Positions 1-10,816 of a stretch of DNA of 64,000 nt are shown piece by piece. Source of the DNA: Marsupella aquatica (Eukaryota > Plantae > Marchantiophyta); contig OZ316898.1 of the NCBI GenBank assembly GCA_973895155.1, positions 21,180,162 through 21,244,161 on the forward strand, read 5' to 3'. The notes under the pieces were generated by a model. That model worked only from the letters and a program-made list of their open reading frames with translations. It did not search any database and was not told the origin of the DNA. The number at the start of each line of letters is the position of its first letter. The stretch's first letter is position 1. The position numbers were made by a program, and so were the translations under genes.

Positions 1-193
1 CCGCCGACGCTTAACGCGCCCTAACTCTAATCGGGTTTTCACCCTCAGCCTTACCTCCGGCCTCTGCCCGGGTTCCATGGTTGCCCCTAATTGTTTATAT
101 TTTCCTTGTTTTGTCCCTATACTAAGGTGTTCCTAGGGTGCCTTCCTGCTTTACCCACTTAACCGGCCGAGTGATTCCTGTCTAGGCATCACA
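1..193 (-). mobile_element. Family A Gypsy LTR, 5' terminus (rest outside window), inserted antisense into another family A LTR
   Basis: Near-identical to 7369-7561; ends ...GGCATCACA at 193 (TGTGATGCC on minus); position 194 onward is mid-LTR family A sequence in the opposite orientation. Confidence 0.9.
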
Positions 194-1335
194 TCCCAGA
201 TCCACCTCTTGAGCAGGCCGGGGAGGCCGTAGCCGAAGCTGAGGCCGTAGCCGAGGCTGAGGCCATAGCCGAGAATGATTTCCGAGCCGAGGCCGAAGCC
301 GAGGGTGGGCCCAATCAGGCCGATGGAGAGTTGACTCAGTCAAGGACAGGTAATCTGTCAGAAAATGAACCTACGGCAGTGGTTGCGGAGGAAGCGTTGG
401 GGGCGTCCATTGAGGATCCACCACCGGTGCCGTGACGGTGCAAGGGCGTCGTTCCTTTTAGGAAGGGCGGACGTGGAGGGAGGAGGCGTGAGTGGGCAGG
501 GCGGGCTCAAATCTCTAAGTTTAGGATTAGGATCAGGACCAGGAGGCGGCCCTGACACTTAGCTTAGTGGGATTGCGGTTCCACTGGTAAGAGCAACACT
601 TGTACTCCTGCCTCGCTGTACATAGGTAGATCCAGTTAGGTAGATTAGGCTTACGCTGCAAAGAATTAGGCGGATCCACTACCAGGATAAGTACCTGGGC
701 AGCGGGGAGCTCAGGGCCTCTTCTTTAGCAAGTTTTTAGTTTGCACCAGCCGGGCTGGGATCAAGTAGTAAGAAAAGCTCTCGGTTAGTCATACAATGAC
801 CCTTGTGTATATTCATGTTTCCTCATGCCTAAGAGCTGAATAGAGTTGGCCTCACGGCTTAGTTCGCGGAGCTTGTGTATGAGATGTACTGTTTGTATTG
901 CAAGTGCATGGTATGACTCAGTCAGAAGGAGTCATTTTGCTATTTGTGTGTCGCATTAACTTGTGTGAAGAGTGCCCACATCAACCAATAGAGGAAGGAA
1001 AGTAAGCAGGGGAGTGAGAGTTGGATGTGTCGAGCTGAGAGAGGTCTTAGCGGCTTAACTTTAGGGGATCATTCCGGCGGCGGAATCCAAACATACCTAA
1101 CAAGACGGAGGGGAAGACAAGGGAAGGCCTAGATTAGGCCGGCTACGTATCTCATGACCCGATGAAGGATCTGTCCAGTATATGTGTGTAAAATGTTAAT
1201 AGTAGTAGTAGTAGGAGGTTAGTAGTGTCCCATGCCGCTAAGCCGCGGAAACGGCCTCGCCAAGCGCAAAACCTGCGGGAATCGGCTTGCGCTAGGGGGG
1301 TTTCTTGGGTTTAGGGAGCCATGGGACGCACCACA
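194..1335 (+). mobile_element. Family A LTR (diverged subfamily), 3' portion, inserted in the CACTA transposase
   Basis: Similar to the reverse complement of 2902-4050; carries the end of the LTR ORF (..ASIEDPPPVP*, stop 433-435); ends ..GCACCACA at 1335, where CACTA coding sequence resumes. Confidence 0.9.
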
Positions 1336-2901
1336 GGTCACCAGAGAGCAAGTCCTGAGGTGGGCAGCTAGGAAGGCTGATTGGGACAAGAGAAGTGCCA
1401 CTAATCGAGAACCTAAGGATCCAGTGGTGAAACACGGTGTGAAAAGACAGACCTTGATGGACTTGGAGTTGGAGTACTGGAGGGTAATGTACTTAGCCTC
1501 CAGCCCCTATATGATTGCAATTTTAGATTGGAGCAATGGTGGATTGATGTTGGTTACAATCCTCCTATGTGGTTAATTAGTGTTTCTGTTGTTGAATTCT
1601 TTGCTTTGTGGAGTGCAGGAATTCGAGCCCAGCAAACACAATGTGGACGTCATGCACATTGAGAAAAATATTTGTGAGAGCTTGCTGAAGTTCTTGTCGG
1701 GTGAGAAAGATACAGGAGCAGTTCGAGCTGATATGCAACGGAAGGGGATTCGCCCTCACCTTTGGTTGAAGCCCCATGCAAGCAATCCCAATGTACTTCT
1801 CAAGTTCCAAGCTCCCTATGTGTGCACACATGAAGAATGGAAGACATTCTTGTATAGATTGAGCTGTCTGAAAGTGCCCTCTGGCTATGCTGGTGCCTTC
1901 AAGAAGCATATTACAAAGAATAAACTTGGCAGTATGAAAACACATGACTACCATGTGTTGATGCAGCACATTCTGCCCCTATGCCTCAGAGGTCTCATGC
2001 AGAAACCAGTCCGTAATGTCATTCTTTGACTGTGCAATGTATTTTGCCGTATATGTGTGAAAGTGTGGGATCCCCAAGGATTGGAGCAGTTGAAGCAGGA
2101 TGTTGCTTATGTCCTCTGTGACTTGGAGATATACTGCCCCCTGCTTTCTTTGATGTTATGAGTCATCTCCTAATCCATGTGGTAGAAGAGCTAGGGCAGT
2201 ATGGGCCAGTCAGTACCAGATGGATGTACCCTATGGAGCGATACATGAAGTTGTTGAAAGGTCATGTGAGAACATACTACAGGTCAGAGGCTTCCATGGC
2301 ATTGGGGTACATTAAGGATGAGACATTGGGGTTCCTAACAGAGTACATGGCTGGGTCTGGTGAAGCTATGACAAGAGTTTGGAAATCTGGTGAAGATGAT
2401 GGAGTGAGTGGCAAGGTTGTTGAAGGTGTGGGACGTGCTGTTCAGCTGCTTGTTGCGATTCGAGACAAGGCTCATTCATATGTGCTGGCAAACACAGAGC
2501 CTATGCAACCATGGTGGAGGTGAGTGATTGAATTGACTTGCCTTTGTTGTGATGCTTCTTGTCTGTTCCAAGGGTGATCTTAGGTTGTCATGTGTTGTTT
2601 AGACCTAACTATGCCTGTACCTCATATTGCAGGGAATATGATATGCAAAAAGCTGCACACTCTGGGCAGCAGGATCCCTTCCCACAGTTCGAGCAGTGGA
2701 TTTGGGTGACAATTCGAGAGCATAGTAGACATCACCCAGATATGGAGAAGGATTTGTATCTTCTATCTGTGCCACCACGATTGTCTATTTTGACCTACAA
2801 ACGGATCAGAGCTTATGGAAATCATTATCGAGTGAGGGATGAGCAGGGTGACCATTGTGTATCATATGATTGTGGTTTGATTTCTGTGTTTGAGCAGAGA
2901 A
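1336..2901 (+). pseudogene. CACTA transposase (TnpD/Tnp2-like, DUF4218 region), spliced and degenerate
   Basis: HNVDVMHIEKNICESL, MKTHDYHVLMQHILP, MSHLLIHVVEEL..GPVSTRWMYPMERYMK; GT-AG introns ~1483-1618 and ~2520-2631; stops and frameshifts; cut by the Gypsy insertion at 2902. Confidence 0.9.
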
Positions 2902-5900
2902 TGTGGTGCGTCCCATGGCTCCCTAAACCCAAGAAACCCCCCAGCTCAAGCCGATTCCCGCAGGTTTCGTGCTTGGCGAGGCCGTTTCCGCGGCTTAGCG
3001 GCATGGGACGCTGCTAACCTTCTACTACTACTATTAACATTTTACACACATATACTGGACAGATCCTTCATCGGGTCATGAGATACGTAGCCGGCCTAAT
3101 ATAGGCCTTCCCTTGTCTTCCCCTGTCTTCCCCTCCGTCTTGTTAGGTATGTTTGGATTCCGCCGCCGGAATGATCCCCAATAGGCTTGGTTAAGCCGCT
3201 AAGACCTCTCTCAGCTCGACACATCCAACTATCACTCCCCTGCTTACTTTCCTTCCTTCTGTTGATGTGGGCACTCTTCACACAAGTTAATGCGACACAC
3301 AAATAGCAAAATGACTCATTCTGACTGAGTCATACCATGCACTTGCCATACAAACAGTACATCTCATACACAAGTTCTGCGAACTAAGCCGTGAGGCCAA
3401 CTCTATTCAGCTCTTAGGCATGAGGAAACATGAATATACACAAGGGTCACTGTATGACTAACCGAGAGCTTCTCGTACTACTTGATCCCAGCCCGGCTGG
3501 TGCAAACTAAAAACTTGCTAAAGAAGAGGCCCTGAGCTCCCCGCTGCCCAGGTACTTATCCTGGTAGTGGATCCGCCATTCTTTGCATCGTAAGCCTAAT
3601 CTACCTGATAGTAATCTACTTGCCCGAATCTACCTATGTACAGCAAGGCAGGAGCACAAGTGTTGCTCCTACCAGTGGAACCGCAATCCCACTAAGCTAA
3701 GTGTCAGGGCCGCTCCTGGTTCTGATCCTAATCCTAAACGTGGAGATCCGCGCCCGCCCTGCCCACTCACGCCTCCTCCCTCCACGTCCGCCCTCCCTAA
3801 AAGGAACGGCGCCCTTGCACCGTCATGACACCGGTGGTGGATCCTCAATGGACGCCCCCAACACTTCCTCCTCAGCCACTGCCGTTGGCCCGCCTACTGA
3901 CAGATTACCTGCCCTTGACCGAGTCAACTCTCCATCGGCCTGACTGGGTCCACCTTCGGCTTCAGCCTCGACACCGGCCTCGGCAATACCCATGGCTTCG
4001 GCCTCAGCCACTCCCACGGCTTCGGCTTCAGCCACTCCCTCGGCTTCGGCCTCCCCTTCCCCTAGGGTAGTTGGATCCTTAGCCGTGACCCTGTCTGGGG
4101 TCGGTGCTGGGTCTACCTCCTTGATCACCACGGCCTGTGAAGTCGTATTACTCCTTGACCCTGAAGGTTTCCGCTTCTTCTTCGTTGGTGGCTCGGCAGC
4201 TGGTCCCTTCCCCTTCCCACTTACTTCCGGCACTGGTGCAGTTGACGCGGCTTGTCCTTCGGCAATTACCACCCCTGGTAACTGGTTTGTCCCAACGGGA
4301 GATGGACCTGCTGCAGCTAAGCATTTAAATACTGCGACTTGTTTCTTCAGCCGCTCTGTTTGGTTGTCGGCCCGCCGCTGTAGGTTCTCCATCTTCCTCG
4401 TGATTTCCTCCAACTCCTCTTGGGTTTCATCCAGGTCCTTACGTGCCCCCTCCAGCTCGTTTTTGGCCTCCTCCTGCTCCCTGTGGGCTTCCTCCAATTC
4501 CTTCTTCAAGGTAGCCCTCTCCTCCTGGGTTGCTCTTAGCTCCTTGTCGAGCTCTGCAATGATGACAGACTCCATCTGGTTCATCTTGGCGTAAGTCTGT
4601 TCGAGCATCTCGTCCTTCTCCCTTAGGTCGGCCTTGAAGCTGGCCGTCAGGGACGCAAGCTCCTGCTGCAGCGCCATAATCCCTTGATAGGATTTCCCTA
4701 ACTCGACCTCCTTCTGCTCAAGGGCTCCGCGGATTTTCTCAAGCTCCCCTTTCAACGCCCATTCCTTTCTTTGGGTCTCCGCCATGGCCCGGCTGTTGGC
4801 TGTTATGTGGGCCTCCTCTGTATTCTTCAGCTCTTGCTTCCACTTCTCCCTCTCTTTGATCGTGTCGGCCAACTCTTCCTGCGTCTGAGTCAGTTTATCC
4901 TTGATATTCTGATTATCAGCCTGCGCGGCGTCCAACTGCCCCTGCATGATGTTCAGCTCATGTCGTTTAATCCGCAGTTCATCTTGGGCTTTCTTGGCCG
5001 CCCTTAGATCTTCAATCTCGGCTTCCATCCTCCTAAGCCGCCGAATGACCTCGTCCTTCTTGCTTCTCTCTAAAGCCACCGCTTCTTCTAATTGGTGCTT
5101 CTCCAACTGCTCCCTATGAAAAAAGGGTCCTACCTCCAACTCCTCTCCAAAGATGCCGAGCGCAAGTTCCCCACACATCTCACCATACTCCATGGCTCTA
5201 TTCTTAGCGTAGGTGGAGTAAGTAGAAGTGATCGGCATCGCCCATCGTGGCCTCTGCTCCCACGCCGTCCTGCGGATCTCTTCAATCGTGGCTAGAGGTT
5301 TGCTTCCTTTTTCGGCTAGCCGCCTGATGTCCTCCGGCCAATCTCCTCCTGGTAAATCCTTTTCCTTAGCCAGGGCGGCCTCTTCCTCCTGCTTGATTCG
5401 CTCCTGAAATTCCTGCACCGTCTGTTTTATGCCGTCGAAGCTCGGGGGAGCAACATCTGGTGGGGGAGACTCAGGGCTACTCTGCTGGTTGGGGTCCCCT
5501 CGCACTACCCTTGGAAGTGTGGGGACAAACCGGCCACAGGTCCTTACTCCTGGAACGTGATGGTCCGACCCATAGCCGGAATTATCAGGGCTGTAGTCCT
5601 CCACTGCCTCCTCTACCTCTTGGACGTCCGGCTTCTCCCTCTCCTCTTCCTCGGTAGGAGCTTCAGGCAATTCTGCCTCAGATTCGGAGGTTGAGGTTCC
5701 CACGTACATTCGAACACCTGGCTTGGATTCCGGCCTGATTCTCTTCTTGTCTCCAGCAAAGGGGTTTTCTCTTGTGAGCCGGTGTAGGCCTACCTCTGTA
5801 GTAGTGTCCTGCATTGTTGCCGTTGCCGTTGTTGTTGCCGATGCCGATTTTTTTTCTTTCTCCAGTAGTTTCAGCAGACTCTGCATGCCTGGTTGCTGCA

Positions 5901-7561
5901 TCGGCAAGTCTTCCTTCCTGGGCCTAAACACCTGCTCGATCGTAGGACTAACAGGTGGTTGAGGCTTCTCAGCCAACGGCCTCGGCGTTGGAGCTTCCTC
6001 GGGTGCCCTTACCTGCAGGGGAAGTACCGGGGCAAAAGTCTGACCTCTGGCATACCGGCACAACAGCGGCATGTGATAGCCAAGCCGTGACACGCTTCCC
6101 ATGCCGATTACCTGCTGCTCCTCCTTTAAGATCTTCTTCAATTGGTTGAGGAGGTACCCGTTGTAGTCCCGGCTTGGGTCTGGCCTTTCTGCCAGATAGA
6201 CCTGTGCTTTGCCGATCTCTGCCCTCGGCAAGTTACAATGCATGGTCACCCGCAAGAAGTCGATCATCTCTCCTATGTGCGGGTTGGTGCAGGTGTTCCG
6301 GAAGAAGCCATTCTTCGTTGATGGCCCGGGGAACGACCGGAACTCCTTGTCAGGCAAGGTCTTCCTGGTATCAACTTTGGTCTTATTGCCTATCGGCAAG
6401 CCAAACACTTCGGCAATTACCTTGGGAGTAAGATAGAAATCCTTCCCATATATCCTCGTGCAATTGGTCTCGGGTTCCCATGACCCCACGAATTCTAATA
6501 GGTCTGACTCCGGTACCTCCGGCTTCAGCCATGGTAATCTTACAAAGGCCTCCAAGCCGGATCCGGCCATGAAGCCTTGGTACTTCTTGGTCTGCATGGC
6601 CGTAAAGCATGCATCCTCCTCCCGTGCAAAATGTAGTTGCACCTCCACCGGTAGGGTTGCCGCCCAGCCCTTCCAGGTGTCATCCCTGGTTGGAATGGCC
6701 TTGATGGGATCGACCTCCTCCTCTTCGGCTTCTCCCTGCCCCTTGCTCTGCTGCTCGGCTGGCTTCTTTGGTGTCGCCGACCTCGTTCTTTTTGCCGGGG
6801 TGGCTTCATCGTTGACGGCCCCCTTCCTCTTCATCTCTGCTGCCGTGGAGGTTTCTCCTAGCACCGTTGCCTGGGTCCACCTTTCCGTGCTACCCTTTAA
6901 TTCCCAGTGTATGTCGTTGCAGTTCTTGATGGCCTCTCGGATGCCGACGACGCTGTCTTTGCAAAACAGAAGATCGTCGAGTTGATTGGAAGTAGGCGTC
7001 CACAGGAACTCGTCCTTGATGAGTTCGCCTCCTAAGAAAGCCGTCTTCTGCAGCTCCCACAATCAAGCGAGCTCCTGCCGTTCTCGAGCTGCCCTTTCTG
7101 ACTCCTCGTCCTCGTAAGTCTTGATGTACTCAGTTGCCCGTTCGAACAGGCATCCCCAGAAATGTGCCGCTTGATTGACGTTGCTCATACCCTCCTTAGG
7201 TCGATCGTCGGTATCTACTCTCTCCCTGAGTGCTTGCCTAAGCAGCTGATAGTAGTTGGCCTCCCGTAGTCGTCTGCCTAGTTCGTGCTCGCAAATGAGC
7301 CACCATCTCCTGCAAGCGCTCCTTACCCCTCTCCTCTGCCGGTCCTTCTTCCCGTTGATCCTTCCTAGCCGCCGACGCTTAACGCGCCCTAACCCTAATC
7401 GGGTTTTCACCCTCAGCCTTACCTCCGGCCTCGGCCCGGGTTCCATGGTTGCCCCTAATTGTTTATATTTTCCTGGTATTGTCCCTATACTAAGGTGTTC
7501 CTAGGGTGCCTTCCTGCTTTACCCACTTAACCGGTCGAGTGATTCCTGTCTAGGCATCACA
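2902..7561 (-). repeat. 3' LTR of family A element (4660 bp)
   Basis: Direct repeat of 13782-18443; termini TGTGATGC..GCACCACA (imperfect inverted repeat). Confidence 0.97.
3823..7446 (-). CDS. LTR-encoded ~1207-aa protein: plant-transposon-type N-terminal domain, acidic/Pro linker, long coiled coil; one premature TGA at 7063-7065
   Basis: ORFs 7063..7446 and 3823..7062 are in frame and the stop is CGA in the other LTR; motif LLEFVGSW..TRIYGKDFYLTPKVIAEVFGLP; heptad E/K/L-rich C-terminal third. Confidence 0.85.
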
Positions 7562-10500
7562 TAGCTCCCCACTTAATTGTGAAGCGTCCTCGCGAACAAC
7601 TTCATCTTCGTCCATATAGTATTTCTTGAGGCGGTCATAATGGATGCGAACTGGATATACCTCTCCCGTAATGTTGGCCAATTGCACGGAGCCATTGGGG
7701 AACATCATGGTTACTCTAAAGGGTCCTAACCAGCGAGTGTAAAGCTTTCCTGGAAACCTATTATACCTACTGTCATAAAGTAGCACAAGATCACCGGTAT
7801 GAATACTAACTACTTTTAACCTTTTATCATACTGCTGCTTCATGATATTCTGTCTATATTCTACTCTCTCGGCTGAAATCATTCTCGCTTCCTCTAAAGC
7901 TTCTAACCTATATTCTCGCTCCTTTAGGCTCTCCTCCGCTGAGGCTCTTTCCTCAATTGTAACTTGAAATGTCGGTATCTCAAGTTGCATGGGTACCAGG
8001 GCTTCTTGTCCAAAGGTTAAGAAGAAGGGTGTATGACCGGTAGTGGATTTATAGGCAAGATTGTAAGCAAAAACAGCAGCAAACAATTTATCATCCCAAT
8101 CGAGTTTGTTCTGAGCTACTGTCTTGTTCAATATCTTTCCTATGATTCCGTTTGCTCGTTCTGTCAACCCGTTTGCCTTTGGATGGTAGGGAGTAGTAGG
8201 CCTATGTTTAACTAAATACTGCTCATTTAAACGACTAATTATATCATTCAAAAAATGGGTTCCTCTATCACTAACTAATTCTAGGGGTGCTCCATACCTG
8301 GTGAAGATCTGCTCATACATGAATCTAGCCGTAGTAATTGCATCATCCTTCATTGTTGGTCTGGCCTCTACCCATTTAGTTGCATAATCCGTAGCCAGGA
8401 TTATGTACTTGTTCCGTCGAGGGTGGGTCAGTGGTTTCAGAGGTCCAATGTAATCAATACCCCACTTCTCGAATGGTGCCAGAGGTAGAATAGGGTGCAG
8501 TGGATGCCTGGTGGACGCCCTTGGTCCTCCCGCTCGTTGACAAGGATCGCATTGTTTGATAAACTGATAGACATCTTTGTGCAAGGTGGGCCACCAGTAA
8601 CCGGCATTTAATATCTTCTTAGACGTGGTTACTGGGGCAAAATGTCCTCCGGCCTCCTCTCCATGCATGGCCCGTAGGACTCGTTTTACCTCTCTCTTTT
8701 CCAAACACCTTTGAATCGTGCCGTTGATTCCATGCTTGTGCAGTATGCCTTTAATGCACTGATACTGTCTGACCTTCCGCACAAAGACTGCGGCTTGCTC
8801 TCGGCTTAATCCTGGCTGTAATCTGGAAGTGCTGAGAAATTGTAAAATCTCAGGGTACCATGTACCAGCTATCTCCACAACGAATAGCTCCTCGTCGGGG
8901 AATCGATCATCGATGCAATCCGTGGCAGGTTTACCTGTGATCCTTGAAAAGAAGTCGGCATTGGCATGTAACTTTCCCGGCTTGATCCTCAGCTCATAGT
9001 CAAACTCCTGTAATAGCAAAATCCATCTTGCTACTCTGCCTGTAAGGTCCGGCTTATTGACTAGGTACTTCAAACTTTCATGATCAGTATGAAAGATTAC
9101 CTTGTACCCTAGTAAATAATGCCTAAACTTTTTACAAGAATAAATGACTCCTAATGCTTCTCTTTCCGTGGTAGAGTAGTTCCGTTCGGCATCGGCAAGC
9201 TGACGGCTTGCGAAGTATATGGGATGGTCCCTTCCTTTCTCATCCAACTGACTTAGTACTGAGCCAATACAGAAGCCCGAGACATCTACAAAAACATGAA
9301 AATCTTTGTTCCAGTCCGGTGCTATCATGACTGGGGCCTCTACTAACATCTGCTTCAATTCTACCACCGCTGTGACTCGTTCGGGTGTGGGTTCGAAGTC
9401 TGCTCCTGCCTTGAGCATATTGGTTAATGGTAAAGCCAGCTTGGCAAAATCCTTGATGAACCGGCGATAGTAACCAATGCATCCCAAGAAGGATCTTACA
9501 TCCTTTATGTTCTTAGGTTGCATGATATCTAGCCATACTGCTAGCTTACCTTTGTCAATCTCAATGCCCTTCCTTGATACCTTGTGACCTAGTAGCACCC
9601 CCTCGGTTACTGCAAAAAAACATTTATCTGGGTGTAACTTGAGACCCACCTCTCTACATCTCATGAAGGTTTTCCTGAGGTATTTAGCATGTTTCGATGC
9701 CTTCCCGAATACTGCAAAGTCATCAATGAAGATTTCCATGAACTTTCTCAAGTAATCATGAAAAATGTTCACCATTAATCGTTGGAACATAGCTGGTGCG
9801 TTGCAGAGTCCAAACGGCATACGATTGAAGACATAGATCCCCCATTCCGTGATGAAGGCCGTCTTGATTTGGTCTTCCTGCCGAATCCTGATTTGGTTAT
9901 AACCAGAGTATCCATCCATGAATGAATATAGTTCATGACTGGCTACCATGTCTAGTACCATATCAGTAAACGGTAAAGGAAAATGGTCTTTTAATGTTGC
10001 TTCATTCAGCTTCTTGTAATCCTGACAAACCCGGATCTTGGGTTTACCATCGGGTCCAGCTTTCTTGGGAACTATCACAATTGGAGACACCCAGTCTGAA
10101 TGCAGGACTGGAGTGATGAATCCAGCTTCCACTAGTTTGTCGATTTCTGCTTTGACCAGCAGGGAATACTTCAGGTTCATCCTTCGAATTGGTTGTCGAA
10201 ATGATTTGGCTCCTAACATGAGATCAATTTGATGTTCCCCTAGTGTTGGATCTACTCCCTTTAGATCTTGGTGACTCCATGCAAACACATCCTGAAATTC
10301 AATCAATAAGTCACTGATCTCTTTCTCGAGCTCAGGTGCTAGGTTTCTCCCTAAGTTCAGTTCTCTTCCCTCTCCTAAGTCGAGCTTCCGATATTGCCGT
10401 GCTTGGATCATATTAATCTGCTTCTTCAAATTCGGGTCCAGTTCGGCTTCCAGTCTCTCTAATCTCATACCTCCATAAACTGGGATCTCGGCTGGACTAG

Positions 10501-10816
10501 CCGAGTCGGTCCCTTCCTTGGTGTCCATAGATTGTCCCCTTACCGGTCTATTTGGTTTTGAATTAGTGGTCGGCTCCCCTTCCTGCCTTGGCTCTAGATC
10601 GTGTCTGTCCATCTCATCCACCTCTTGCTCCTGAGAGTTAGGCCGCTGTGCTCTCTCGGCTTCTAATAGGGCCTCAATTTGTTTTGCCCTCGTAATCGGC
10701 TTGTATGCCGATCCCTTGGTATTTAATTTCTTGCCGATGATCGATGGCGTTGTGGACCCCGTCGGCTCTGCCACAACGCCTGCAGAAAATCCACTGTCCC
10801 TGCTACTGCTCCCCAC
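7550..10816 (-). CDS. pol: Pol: reverse transcriptase, RNase H, integrase (open frame)
   Basis: FMDGYSGYNQI, MPFGLCNAPA, FIDDF; RNase H FVDVS..ERNYSTTEREAL..HTDHESL; integrase H..H..C..C, WGIDYIGP, SDRGTHF, ANGLTER, WLGPF; stop lies inside the 3' LTR. Confidence 0.97.
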   Translation of the reverse strand: MGSSSRDSGFSAGVVAEPTGSTTPSIIGKKLNTKGSAYKPITRAKQIEALLEAERAQRPNSQEQEVDEMDRHDLEPRQEGEPTTNSKPNRPVRGQSMDTKEGTDSASPAEIPVYGGMRLERLEAELDPNLKKQINMIQARQYRKLDLGEGRELNLGRNLAPELEKEISDLLIEFQDVFAWSHQDLKGVDPTLGEHQIDLMLGAKSFRQPIRRMNLKYSLLVKAEIDKLVEAGFITPVLHSDWVSPIVIVPKKAGPDGKPKIRVCQDYKKLNEATLKDHFPLPFTDMVLDMVASHELYSFMDGYSGYNQIRIRQEDQIKTAFITEWGIYVFNRMPFGLCNAPAMFQRLMVNIFHDYLRKFMEIFIDDFAVFGKASKHAKYLRKTFMRCREVGLKLHPDKCFFAVTEGVLLGHKVSRKGIEIDKGKLAVWLDIMQPKNIKDVRSFLGCIGYYRRFIKDFAKLALPLTNMLKAGADFEPTPERVTAVVELKQMLVEAPVMIAPDWNKDFHVFVDVSGFCIGSVLSQLDEKGRDHPIYFASRQLADAERNYSTTEREALGVIYSCKKFRHYLLGYKVIFHTDHESLKYLVNKPDLTGRVARWILLLQEFDYELRIKPGKLHANADFFSRITGKPATDCIDDRFPDEELFVVEIAGTWYPEILQFLSTSRLQPGLSREQAAVFVRKVRQYQCIKGILHKHGINGTIQRCLEKREVKRVLRAMHGEEAGGHFAPVTTSKKILNAGYWWPTLHKDVYQFIKQCDPCQRAGGPRASTRHPLHPILPLAPFEKWGIDYIGPLKPLTHPRRNKYIILATDYATKWVEARPTMKDDAITTARFMYEQIFTRYGAPLELVSDRGTHFLNDIISRLNEQYLVKHRPTTPYHPKANGLTERANGIIGKILNKTVAQNKLDWDDKLFAAVFAYNLAYKSTTGHTPFFLTFGQEALVPMQLEIPTFQVTIEERASAEESLKEREYRLEALEEARMISAERVEYRQNIMKQQYDKRLKVVSIHTGDLVLLYDSRYNRFPGKLYTRWLGPFRVTMMFPNGSVQLANITGEVYPVRIHYDRLKKYYMDEDEVVREDASQLSGELCDA
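7562..7574 (-). promoter_or_regulatory. Polypurine tract
   Basis: AAGTGGGGAGCTA immediately 5' of the 3' LTR; same sequence at 36898-36910. Confidence 0.85.

Noticed and set aside
1232-1576. ORFs spanning LTR termini (also 2890..3081, 58638..58922, 58796..58999)
   Set aside because: Chimeric frames created by insertion junctions
3992-6985. Many 60-200 aa ORFs antisense to or overlapping the LTR gene (recurring in every LTR copy)
   Set aside because: Shadow frames of a GC-rich, low-complexity coding strand; no recognisable motifs
3823-7446. LTR protein as an envelope protein, or as a host SMC/myosin gene
   Set aside because: No signal peptide or hydrophobic transmembrane stretch, no Walker motifs; the coiled coil alone is non-specific
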